Assembly: GCA_038087875.1 (NCBI GenBank)
Contig: CM075993.1
Span: 1,738,001 to 1,802,000, forward strand
Direction of reading: 5' to 3'
DNA length: 64,000 nucleotides
Source of the DNA: Malacoraja senta
Lineage: Eukaryota
Shown here piece after piece: positions 28,570 to 39,308 of this stretch. The stretch's first letter is position 1. Every line of letters starts with the position of its first letter. The notes beneath the pieces are model-generated. The model made no database searches and had not been told where the DNA came from. It saw only the letters and a list, made by a program, of their open reading frames with translations. The translations under genes were made by a program, and so were the position numbers.

Positions 28570-28940
28570 GGGCGCTGCCGGGCTCACTCCGCGACCTGCC
28601 ACAGGAGGCGCTGCCGAGCCCACTCCGCAACCTGCCACAGGAGGCGATGCCGAGCCCACTCCGCACTCTGCCACAGGAGGCGCTGCCGAGCCCACTCCGC
28701 ACTCTGCCACAGGAGGCGATGCCGAGCCCACTCCGCACTCTGCCACAGGAGGCGCTGCTGAGCTCAATCCGCACTCTGCCACAGGAGGCGCTGCTGAGCT
28801 CACTCCGCACTCCGCCACCAGTGGCGCTGCGTTTCCGCACTCCCGCCGCCGGTGGCGCTGCCGAACTCACTGCTCCGCAACCTGCCACAAGAGGCGCTGC
28901 CCTGCGTTTCCTCGCTCCGCCACTGGTGGCGTTACTAAGC
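28570..28940. repeat. GC-rich 36-bp minisatellite directly upstream of NPTN exon 1
   Basis: ACAGGAGGCG recurs at 28601, 28637, 28673, 28709, 28745 and 28781, then degenerates. Confidence 0.9.
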
Positions 28941-28944
28941 TCAC

Positions 28945-29150
28945 TCCGTGACCTGCGTGGGTTTACTCCGGGTGCTCCGGTTTCCTCCCGCACTCCAAAG
29001 ACGTACAGGTTTGTAGGTTAATTGACTTGGTATAAATGTAAATTGTCCCTGGTGTGTGTAGGATACTGTTAGTGTGCGGGGATCGCTGGTCGGTGCGGAC
29101 TCGGTGGGCCGAAGGGCCCGTTTCTGCACTGTATCTCTAAACGAAACTAA
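28945..29150 (+). mobile_element. HE1-like V-SINE, 5'-truncated
   Basis: V-domain and 3' tail; abuts the minisatellite. Confidence 0.82.
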
Positions 29151-29749
29151 ACTCTTAGTGCAAATGGAGAATACTCCTTTACTTGCGTAGGAAGGAACTG
29201 CAGATTTGTTGGGGAGGGAAAGAGAGAGGAAGAGAAGAGGGGCCCCAGGGAGGGATAGAAAGAGACAAATGGGCCTAGAAAAGGAGGGAGGTGGAAATGG
29301 ATATATAGATGACAGATGGAGAGGGTGAGGGAGATACCAAGAGATGGAGCCATTTCACCAAAGGCAGCTGCTGGTCACATTAATTTTCAATGGGGAATAC
29401 ATTTGCCATGCGTCCTTAAAAAGAGGCATGGATGAAAGAAAGATAAAAGGGAAAGCAGAAATGTAGATTGAAAATTCCATGGATGTTTCAATGGATTCAA
29501 GTCAGTGGATATTTTTAAGGCTTGATTAGTACGGGTGTCAGGGGTTATGGGGAGAAGGAAGGAGAATGGGGTTAGGAGGGAGAGATAGATCAGCCATGAT
29601 TGAATGGCAGGGTAGACTTGATGGGCCGAATGGCTTAATTCTGCTTCTTTACCTTTATGACCTGATGGCCTTGAATTGACTCCCGCAATCTTGCTATGTC
29701 ATAAGGCCACAAAATGTGTGGTGGAGGTAAATGTTCTCCTCTTTATGGA

Positions 29750-30150
29750 GGGGGGATCTTATAGAAACTTACAAAATTCTTAAGGGGTTGGACAGGCTAG
29801 ATGCAGGAAGATTGTTCCCGATGTTGGGGAAGTCCAGAACAAGGGGTCACAGTTTAAGGATAAGGGGGAAGTCTTTTAGGACCGAGATGAGAAAATCATT
29901 TTTCACACAGAGAGTGGTGAATCTGTGGAATTCTCTGCCACAGAAGGTAGTTGCGGCCAGTTCATTGGCTATATTTAAGAGGGAGTTAGATGTGGCCCTT
30001 GTGGCTAAAGGGATCATGGGGTATGGAGAGAAGGCAGGTACAGGATACTGAGTTGGATGATCAGCCATGATCATATTGAATGGCGGTGCAGGCTCGAAGG
30101 GCCGAATGGCCTACTCCTGCACCTATTTTTTATGTTTCTATGTTTCTATG
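29750..30150 (+). mobile_element. CR1 3' fragment, same family as the 9666-14020 element
   Basis: GDLIETYKILKGLDRLDAGRLFPMLGKSRTRGHSL and (TATGTTTC)n tail. Related fragments at about 29500-29660, 32750-32865, 33615-34055, 34700-35040, 39805-39890, 42370-42520, 43070-43204, 43428-43640, 48930-49302, 51765-52278, 58140-58340, 60090-60265, 61880-62540 and 63920-64000. Confidence 0.88.
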
Positions 30151-30323
30151 TTTTATAAAGTGTTATCGTCACCAACACATCGTTTACGGGGCATGTGATT
30201 GTTCCCCAGTCTGGTCTATTATGTCCGGACCCATCAATGTGGTTGACCCAACAAGACCTTCATTTCAGGGAGTAATTGGGGATGGACACTGAAGACTGAT
30301 CTTGCCAGAGACATTCACCTTTG

Positions 30324-30574
30324 GGGCAGCATGGTGGCGCAGCGGTAGAGTTGCTGCCTCACAGCTCTTACTGCGCCAGAGACCCGGGTTCGATCCAGAC
30401 TACGGGTGCTGTCTGTACGGAGTTTGTACGTTCTCCCCGTGAGCTGCGTGAGTTTTGTCAGAGATCTTCGGTTTACTCCCACACTCCAAAGATGTACAGG
30501 TTTTGTAGGTTAATTGGCTTGGTATAAATGTAAATTGTCCCTAGTGTGTGTAGGCTGTATCTCTAAACTAAAAT
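30324..30574 (+). mobile_element. HE1-like V-SINE
   Basis: A/B boxes, V-domain, short tail. Confidence 0.82.
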
Positions 30575-30799
30575 TAACCTCTTGTGAATTAATACATTTT
30601 TTAAAGTTTTTTTAGTTCAGTTTAGTAAGTTTTTTTTAGAGTCTGTAAGGCGGCAACTCTACCTCTGCGCCACCATGCCGCCCAAAGGAAAGATTAAAGA
30701 AAATATATTTTTTAAATCTCCCTATTCTGGTCTGGAAGGTGAGTGGTGGGGCAATTTATCCATTGTCCCTCTACAGGCATTAGGAAATAACAAACCAAC

Positions 30800-31395
30800 C
30801 TTCCTTCCATTGCCTCCATCCACACCACACTGCCTCGACAAGGCCAGCAGTATAATCAAGGACGTGTCTCATCCCGATCGCTCCCTCTCCTCCCCCCCTC
30901 CCATCTTCTTCTTTCTGTGTCCATCTTGTTACAAACGTTGACCTCGCTGTCATCGTCCGTCCTGCAAAGGACGCAAGCTTCCGGCGACAATCAGTGGGAG
31001 CCATCACTTGTGGCAATAGATGATGGTGGTAGCAGAATTAGCGCAGGATACTTCCAGTTTCCAGCCCCGCGACGTGGACGCTACTACCATGGACGCTACT
31101 ACCTCTCCCATCAGGCAATAGGTACAGATGTGTGCAAACACGTATCTCCAGATTCAGGGAGAGTTTCTTCCCAGCTATTATCAGGTAATGGTCCTCTCAT
31201 CGGCTTGAGTGCAGGCCTGACCCATCTATCTCATTGGAGACCTTTGATCTATATTTAATCAGACTTTATCAGACTTCAATGTTATATCTGGCACTAAATG
31301 TTTCACCCTTTATCTGTACACTGTGTTCTGCTTGATTGTAATCATGTGCAGTCTTTTCTTTCACTAGATAGCAGGAAACAAAAGCTTTTCACTAG
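30800..31395 (+). mobile_element. Rex1/Babar-like LINE 3' fragment, host of the 30906-31104 insertion
   Basis: HCLDKASSIIKDVSHP...LPSGNRYRCVQTRISRFRESFFPAIIR resembles the Rex1 C-terminus. Confidence 0.6.
30906..31104 (-). mobile_element. Second (GAA)n-tailed short retroelement with a degenerate HDV-like ribozyme (31028-31088)
   Basis: 8-bp TSD CTCCCATC (30898-30905 and 31105-31112); tail ACAGAAAGAAGAAG; GCG-UCCACGU-CGC P3/L3, CUAA J4/2, P2 GGUAGUA/UGCUACC; 5' strand of P1 missing. Confidence 0.7.
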
Positions 31396-31639
31396 TTTAG
31401 TTTAGTTTCTTGTCACATGAACTGAGGTGCAGTGAAAATCTTTTTTGGTGCATGCTATCCAGTTAGCGGAAAGACTATACATGATGACAATCAATTTGTC
31501 CACAGTGTACAGATACTGGATAGTGCATGATAACTAACATGCATAAAGATAGTCCCAAGATCTCCAGTGATGTAGATAGTAGGTCAGGACTGCTCTCTGC
31601 TTGGTGATAGGATGGTTCAGTTGCCTGATAACATCTTTG

Positions 31640-31945
31640 GGGCGGCACAGTGCACAACAGCTGAGTTGCTGCCTTACAGCGCCAAAGACCCAGGTTCGAT
31701 CCTGACTACAGGTGCAGTCTGTACAGAGTTTATATTTTCACCGAGTGAGTGAGTGGGTTTTCTCTGGGTGCTCAGGTTTCCTCCCACACTCTAAAGATGT
31801 ACAGGTTTGAAGGTTAATCGGTTTCTGTAAAAGTGTAACTTGTCCTTAGTGTGTAGAATAGTGCTAGTGTTTGGGGTAATCGATGGTCAGCATGGACCCG
31901 GTGGGCTGAAGGGCCTGTTTCCGCGCTGTATCTCTAAGGTCTAAA
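31640..31945 (+). mobile_element. HE1-like V-SINE
   Basis: Full head-to-tail similarity to the other copies. Confidence 0.8.
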
Positions 31946-32049
31946 GTAGAGTCTGAAAAAGCTGGGATGGAACTGTCCCTGAATCTGGGTGTATGTGTTT
32001 TCAAGCTTCTGTACCTCTTGTAGATCTTGGTACACGTGACAATAACTGT

Positions 32050-32130
32050 ACTAAACTACACTACACTCAACTCAACTCAACTCAACTACACTAACCTACA
32101 CTCAACTACACTCAACTAAACTCAACTAAC
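32050..32130. repeat. Pentanucleotide (ACTCA/ACTAC)n microsatellite
   Basis: Direct inspection. Confidence 0.8.
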
Positions 32131-32419
32131 AAAACTTTAAGGAAGGGAGCTAGTAAAGGGCTGGAGTTTGCAAACATACAAACCAAAACATGCCTCTCAG
32201 TCTTAAAATAGCAGATGATGTATTGCAGTTGTGACAATTCACATTGTTTTAGCGGAGGTTATGATTGTTCAGCTGCCGTTCTTCAGACAGAGGGATCCAC
32301 GTGTTGCTGGAGTCACCATCACGAGACAGTGGCAGCCAGCCGCTGAATCAGTGAGAAGAGGAGCTGCTAACTTTCACATCACACAGAGAGGTAGGAGTAG
32401 GCCACTTGGCCCCTCAAGC

Positions 32420-32641
32420 TACACACTATGGAAATTTGCATTCATACCAAGCCAATTAACCTACAAACCTGTACGTCTTTGGAATGTGGGAGGAAACCGA
32501 AGATCTCAGAGGAAACACAACGCAGGTCACAGGGAGAACGTACAAACTCCGTACAGACAGCACCCGTATTCGGGATCGAACCTGGGTCTCTGGCACTGTA
32601 AAGGCGGTAAGGCAGAACTCTACCGCTGTGCCACCGTGCCA
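32420..32641 (-). mobile_element. HE1-like V-SINE
   Basis: Head and V-domain. Confidence 0.8.
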
Positions 32642-33307
32642 CAACTTTCCTTGTCATGTTCTCTTATGGTCCGATAGGTTTCAAGACGATCACCTCTAAT
32701 TCATCTACATCCCAGAGGGAACGGATCAAACCTTTTTAGTAGTCCAAATAGCGGAGTCAGGGGATATGGGGAGAAGGCAGGAACAGGGTACTGATGGTGG
32801 ATGATCAGCCATGATCACATTGAATGGCGGTGCTGGCTCCTGCACCTATTGTCTATTGTCTATTGTCCATAATGAGACAACGCGCTCTGGAATTAGCTTT
32901 GTTGATCGCTATTGGATTGCAACGAACCCATCTCAGTCTGGTGGGCACATCCTAAAACAGTTTGTGGTGATCAGAAAATTGAACTGTGTCCAAAATAAAG
33001 GGTGGTTTACAACTGACCCTTTGAGTAAGTCGGGCAAAGCCGATGAAGAAAAAAAACACAGGTTGGCCTCACACCTCATGTCCTGCCGACATCATTCAAT
33101 ACAGTAGCTCCTCTGAGCCAAAGTCCTGGCTAATTAATCAACTGCTTTTTAAAATAAACATTTGCTACGGTACTGAAAATTATTTAAACTTAATTCAGTT
33201 TAGTTCCAGCCATTTCCATGTAAAGAGAGGTCCCAAGGCAGTCAGAAAACTTGGAATACAAATCGTCAAGTCATCAGTTCCACATCAGGGAGTCAGTCTT
33301 ACACAAT

Positions 33308-33546
33308 GTGCAGGAAGGAACTGCAGATGCCTTACACTGAAGATAGACACAAAATGCTGGAGTAACTCAGTGGGACAGACAGCATCTCTGGAGGGAAGGA
33401 ATAGGTGACATTTCGGGTCGAGACCGTTCTTCAGACACGAAATGTCACCCATTCCTTCCCTCCAGAGATGCTGCCTGTCCCGCTGAGTTACTCCAGCATT
33501 TTGTGTTTATCTTTGATTTAAACCAACATTGCAGTTCTTTCCTGCG
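33308..33546. mobile_element. Palindromic PLE-derived element
   Basis: Long inverted arms, both reaching the GGAA(G)GAACTGCA terminus. Similar copies at about 1670-1800, 36960-37130, 40580-40752, 43025-43415, 44430-44620, 58950-59150, 59185-59320 and 59592-59803. Confidence 0.75.
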
Positions 33547-35739
33547 CAAATCTACAAACCTGTTTCCGCCTTTGGAGTGCGGGAGGGAACCGGAGCGCTC
33601 GGAGAAAATCTACAAGGCTTGTATTCACTGGAGTTTAGAAGGATGAGGGGGGTTCTTATAGAAACATATAAAATTATAAAAGAACAAGTGGACAAGCTAG
33701 ATGCAGGAAAAATGTTCCCAATGTTGGGCGAGTCCAGAACCAGGGGCCACAGTCTTAGAATAAAGGGGAGGTCATTTAAGACTGAGGTGAGAAAAAACGT
33801 TTTCACCCAGAGAGTTGTGAATTTGTGGAATTCCCTGCCACAGAGGGCAGTGGAGGCCAAGTCACTGGATGGATTTAAGAGAGAGTTAGATAGAGCTCTC
33901 GGGGCTAGTGGAGTCAAGGGATATGGGGAGAAGGCAGGCACGGGTTATTGATAGGGGACGATCAGCCATGATCACAATGAATGGTGGTGCTGGCTCGAAG
34001 GGCCGAATGGCCTCCTCCTGCACCTATGTTGTAGACCTATTTTCTATGTCTATGTCTAAGGCCATCAGCAGTCACCAACTTAATACTTGTCCATTGTCTA
34101 ATGCACACCATTGCTTTTTGGTCTTTGAATGAGAGTGGAGGGGTACGGTGACAAGTTAGCTGGAGCTGGTGTTACCGTTGCATCTTTGTGTCACTCCAGG
34201 CAGATGGCAGATTTCCTCTAGAGAAGGACGGGAGGAAACAGCTGGGTCTACAACAATCACGTCCAGTTAGTCATACCACGCATGACAGACTCACTTGGCT
34301 AAATTTAATCTTTGCTAGTGCTGTGTGTGTATTTACATCATCCTGTCCTTGATGACTGCACACAGTGTAACCATCTGTCTGCCATTCCCAGATAGAGTCA
34401 TATACTTACCCACACAGGCCAACATGTTTAGTTTAGAGATACAGCGTGGAAACAGGCCCTTCGGCCCACCGAGTCCGCGCCGGCCAGCGATCCCCCGCAC
34501 ACTAACACTATCCCTGACACACACACACTGGGGGACAATTTACATTTATACCAATTAACCAAGCCAGAGGGTGGTGAATCTGTGGGATTCTCTGCCACAG
34601 ACGGCGGTGGAGGTCGTCAGTGACGCCGACCAACGATCCCCGCACACTAACACTATCCTACATACACTGGGGGACAAGTTACTATCTTTACTGAAGCTAA
34701 TATGGCTGATCATCTAAAATCAGTACCCCGTTCCTGCCTTCTCCCCATATCCTTTGATTCCGCTAGCCCTTGGTTGACAGTCTCAATCTAACACTATAAG
34801 ACTCCCTCAGTACATATTAATGTTATTACAAACAACATAGGCCATTCGGCCCTTCGAGCCAGCACCGCCATTCATTATGATCATGGCTGATCATCTAAAA
34901 TCAGTACCCCGTTCCTGCTTTCTCCCCATATCGCTTGGTTCCGTTAGCCCTAAGAGCTAAATCTAACTCTCGCTTGAAAACATCCAATGAATTGGCCTCC
35001 ACTGCCTTCTGTGGCAGAGATTTCCACAGATTCACAACTCTTTGATGGAAAACAGGCCCTTTGGCCCAACTTGCCCACAACATGTCCCATCTACACAAGT
35101 CCCACACCGACCAACATGTCCCATCTACACTAGTCCCACCCCGACCAACATGCCCCATCCACACCAGTCCGACACCGACCAACATGTCCCATCTACACTA
35201 GTCCCACTTGCCTGCGTTTGGCCCATATCCCTCTAAACCTGCCCTATCCATGTACCTGTCTAATTGCTTCTTACATTTTGCGATAGTCCCTGTCTCAACT
35301 GCCACCATACACCCAGCACCCTTTGCGTGAAAAAGTTACCCCTCAGATTCCTATTAAATCTTTACCCCTTCACCTTAAACCTATGTCCTCTGGTCCTCGA
35401 TTCCCCTACACTGGGCAAGAAATTCTGTGCATCTACCCGATCTATTCCTCAACTGATTTTTATACACCTCTATAAGACCACCCCTCATCCTCCTGCATCC
35501 CAAGGAATACAGTCCCAGCCTGCTCAACCTCTCCCTGTAGCCCAGACACTCTAGTCCTGGCAACATCGTTGTAAATCTTCTCTGCACCCTTTCCAACTTT
35601 GAACTGTGTTTGGTTATTGAAGATGCAGGAGGGTGGTTGTGGTTTGTGGTGGAGTTTATACACAGTGTAGGCAGGACCGAGACAGGGAGTGTGATACGGA
35701 ACCGCTTTTGGAAACTCCTTCAAACTCTTGCCCTTAAAG

Positions 35740-36010
35740 TTGCAACCAATGAAAAGTAGCTGAGAACCATTTTTCCCAGCGCGACGCCACCGGCGCCGGG
35801 CAAGATTGCAAGGAGGCTGCTCACAACATCCACGTTGTTTCTTCCCCCTGAAGTTTTGACCCTCCGGTCCTGTTGGTCCCCGCTAAGCCCGAGCCCCGCT
35901 GAGTGTTTGCAGGCTTGGCTTTGACCAGCGCCCGGTGTTAGGAGCCCCGCGGCCGGTCAGCCGCCCCACTGGCTCCGGCTCCGGCCACGGCCACGGCCAC
36001 GCCTCGCAGG
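35740..36010 (+). promoter_or_regulatory. CD276: Probable CD276 promoter and non-coding first exon
   Basis: Non-repeat CpG-rich patch, CCAAT at 35746-35750, strong donor CAGG|GTAAGG at 36011, upstream of the signal exon on the same strand. Inferred; no transcript evidence. Confidence 0.55.
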
Positions 36011-36494
36011 GTAAGGTCCGCTCTTTTGTCTCCATTGACGCTGAAAAAAAACTGGGACGAGCTGGAGGGAGGGCTGACGGAAACGGTGGGACACAAAGAG
36101 GAAGTCTGGTGGATCCAAGCAGAGGATATTTTTGCAATTGAACTTAAAATGAAATTGCATCTTTAGAGGAATATCAGCTGTGAATCAGTGAGTGCCGGCA
36201 GTCAATGCAACCCCCTCTCTTCAGCTTAACTTCAGTTTTTTCTTTAGTTATAACACACTATTGACTAGTTTTACACTTTCTTTGTGTAGGAAGAAGCTGC
36301 AGATGCGGGTTTAAACCGTGGACACAAAAAGCTGGAGTAACTCAGCGGGACAGACATCTCTGGAGAGAAGGAAGACTGTAGGTAATGTTTGGGGGTCGAG
36401 ACTCTTCCTCGTTTTAACTGTCTTGTTGCAAGTGGGGATTGTTTCAGGAGCTACTCTGTGTGTGCCTGCAAAACTATTTCACCCCCAACTGTAT

Positions 36495-36818
36495 GGGTCT
36501 GTAACGAGTCCGTAGGAGGTCGTAGGAGTCCTTAAATATATCATAGCAGGTCGTTATGCCAGCTGTAGGTACTCGTGGCATCAGGTAAGTCGGGACGTTT
36601 TTTCCAGTCCGATAAAAAATGTCCACGAGTAAAAAAAATGGTCCGGATGAAAGAAATTGCAACATTTTACTCGTAAGGAGGGCATCGAAATAGTCGTGGG
36701 AATTCGTAGACATACTCATAGGAGTTTGTAGATTACCACGATTTGATTTTTTTTTTTTTAGGTCCTTTAAACTCAGCAGAGGTTTTGAATTAGGTCATGA
36801 AAGTAGGACAGGCCCTTA
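36495..36818. mobile_element. Probable partial Harbinger-like MITE
   Basis: Ends AGTAGGACAGGCCCTTA (TIR-like plus TTA); CpG-rich body with recurring TCGT motifs. Confidence 0.5.
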
Positions 36819-37395
36819 AGCCTTCAAATATGTTCTGTATTCTTTGAAAGTGTTGGCAGATCTTTTCCCACATCCCCACCACCTTTATAACTAAAAAATC
36901 TCGCCTAGCCATAACGTGTAGTTTTACAAGATGTTGGCGAGGCCACATTCAGAATGTTGTAGACAGAGACAAAATGCTGGAGTAACTCCGCGGGACAGGC
37001 AGCATCTCTGGAGAGAAGGAACCCTATACCTATCCCATTCCTTCTCTCCAGAGATGCTGCCTGTCCTGCTGAGTTACTCCAGCGTTTTGTGTCTATCTTC
37101 GGTGTAAACCAGCATCTGCAGTTCCTTCCTTAACGCTTAGAGTATTGTGTTCAGTTTTCATCACCTTGTGATAGGAAGGAAGGATGTTACGTTGGAAAGG
37201 GTGCAGAGAAGATTGACCAGGATGTTGCCAGGACTTGAGGGCCTGAGCTTTCGGGAGAGGTTGAGCAGGCTGGGACTTTATTCCTTGGAGTGGAGGATGA
37301 GGGGTGATCTTATAGATAGGGTAAATGCATGGAGCCCGTTATTCAAGCTCGGGCAATCAAGGTTTAAGGTGAGAGAGGGAACCTGAGGGGCAACT

Positions 37396-37984
37396 GGAGT
37401 AGCGATGAAGGGGTGGGGCCTCGTGGACAGATTGTTATGGGCTTGGACACGCTAGAGGCAGGAAACATGTTCCCGATGTTGGGGGAGTCCAGAACCAGGG
37501 GCCACACACAGTTTAAGAATAAGGAGTAAGCCATTTAGAACGGAGACGAGGAAACACTTTTTTCTCACAGAGAGTGGTGAGTCTGTGGAATTCTCTGCCT
37601 CAGAGGGTGGTGGAGGCAGGTTCTCTGGATGCTTTCAAGAGAGAGCTAGATAGGGCTCTTAAAAATAGCTGAGTCAGGGGATATGGGGAGAAGGCAGGAA
37701 CGGGGTACTAATTGGGGATGATCAGCCATGATCACATTGAATGGCGGTGCTGGCTCGAAGGGCCAAATGGCCTACTCCTGCACCTATTGTCTATTGTCTA
37801 TTGACCGCGCCTCCTGCGAGTGTGGGGACCCAACACAGACAGTGGAGCACATCGTCACCAGTTGCCCCAAACACCGGCCACCGAATGGTGAACAAGGTCT
37901 GATTGACCTGGACGATGACACGTTGGCCTGGCTCGCCTCAACGGAGCTGCAGGTCTAAAAGACACACGACAGAAGAAGAAGAAG
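37396..37984 (+). mobile_element. 3' end of an Ingi/Vingi-like LINE (CCHC zinc knuckle, (GAA)n tail), interrupted by a CR1 3' fragment at 37429-37802
   Basis: Removing the CR1 insert gives AMKGWGLVD-RASCECGDPTQTVEHIVTSCPKHRPP...WLASTELQV*, followed by ACACACGACAGAAGAAGAAGAAG. Clade assigned from the CxCG..QT..H....CP motif only. Confidence 0.65.
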
Positions 37985-39073
37985 GGACAACCTTTCTTGC
38001 GCTAAGGGTGGTGGGTGTTTGGAATGAACTGCAGGAGGAGGCAGGTACTATCACAATGATGACAAAAACAAATTGGGACAGGAACATGGATAGGAAAGCT
38101 TTAGAAAGGTACTAGATGGGCCAAACGCAGGCAGGTGGGACTAGTGTAGATGGGGCATGTTGGTCGGAGTGTGCCTTACAGTGCCACAGATCAAGGTTCG
38201 ATCCTGATCTCGGGAACTATCTGTAGAATTTGCATGTTCTCCCTGTGACTGCTGGGTTTTGTCCGGGTGTTCCGGTTTCCTCCCACATCCCAAAGACGTG
38301 CGGGTTTGTAGGTTGATCGGCCCTCTGCAAATTGCCCCTAGTGTGTAGGGAGTGGATGGGAAAGTGGGATACCACAGAACTAGCGCGAATGGGTGATCGA
38401 TGGCCGGCATGGAATCGGCAGGCCGAAGGGCCTGTTTCCATGCTGATCTTTAAATCCATCAATTTGCCGTGACGTCTCGTCCACAAGGCGCATTAAAGAG
38501 CAGCAGTGTAATTGGTGTAAAAGTAATTAATTTTCCCCAATATGCAAGCGGGTGTGAGTGTACGATGCTTGCAAGGAACGAGCTGGTGAGACCAGGAAAA
38601 CTCTCCTTGTTGACCTCGGCTAACTTCGCCAATTGTGATGAAGTCTTAACGAGACTTCCGCGTCCCCTGGCTCTGTGAAAGGAAATGAAACATTTGCCAG
38701 AATTCTTCCCTGTCTATAGCGTCATTCCTCAATTGCGATGTGGATAATTGTGAATAACAGAGTCTATATCCAAGGCTGTGACCCCACCCATCAATCCCGG
38801 CCAACTGACCTACTTTACATTCCGGCTCGGAAGAGCGGTTTTAGAGCTCGCATTCTAGGTTCAAATCCTCTTCACTCCCTATTCCTCATAATCATTTGTG
38901 TTTGCACAGTGAACAGACAGGGCAAGGACGGCAAGCTCTCGTCTCTGAGTGGTATCAGTAAACCAGACAGCTTTCTACACCAATCTGGTAGTCTTGTAAT
39001 TATTACCAATGACTATATAAGTCGTAGGAGCGGAATTAGGCCATTTGGCCCATCACGGTGGATCTGTAGTTCA

Positions 39074-39308
39074 AAGTGCTGGAGAAACTCAGCGGGTGCA
39101 GCAGCATCTATGGAGCGAAGGAAATAGGCAACGTTTCGGCCCGAAACCCTTCGGGTTTCGTCCCGAAACGTTGCCTATTTCCTTCAGGGTTTCGGCCCGA
39201 AACTTTGCCTATTTCCTTCGCTCCGTAGATGCTGCTGCACCCGCTGAGTTTCTCCAGCACTTTTGTCTACCTGCGATTTTCCAGCATCTGCAGTTCCTTC
39301 TTAAACAC
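39074..39308 (+). mobile_element. Mini palindromic PLE derivative, subfamily A, with TSD
   Basis: 14-bp TSD GGATCTGTAGTTCA (39060-39073 and 39309-39322); terminus GTTCCTTCTTAAACAC matches that of the 52279 element. Confidence 0.88.

Larger units (their letters stand above)
28230..28980 (-). promoter_or_regulatory. NPTN: CpG island: NPTN promoter and 5' UTR
   Basis: Very GC- and CpG-rich segment around exon 1 in otherwise AT-rich DNA; several CCGCCC GC boxes at 28470-28530; TGACG half-CRE at 28541. Confidence 0.75.

Noticed and set aside
27079..29021. Long ORFs of 267-600 aa (Pro/Ser/Leu- or Gly/Glu/Arg-rich)
   Set aside because: Stop-free only because of the C/T tract and the 36-bp minisatellite; they overlap or flank the true NPTN exon 1.
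30330..30405. tRNA gene
   Set aside because: A/B boxes belong to a SINE head and run into the V-domain; no full cloverleaf or T-run terminator.
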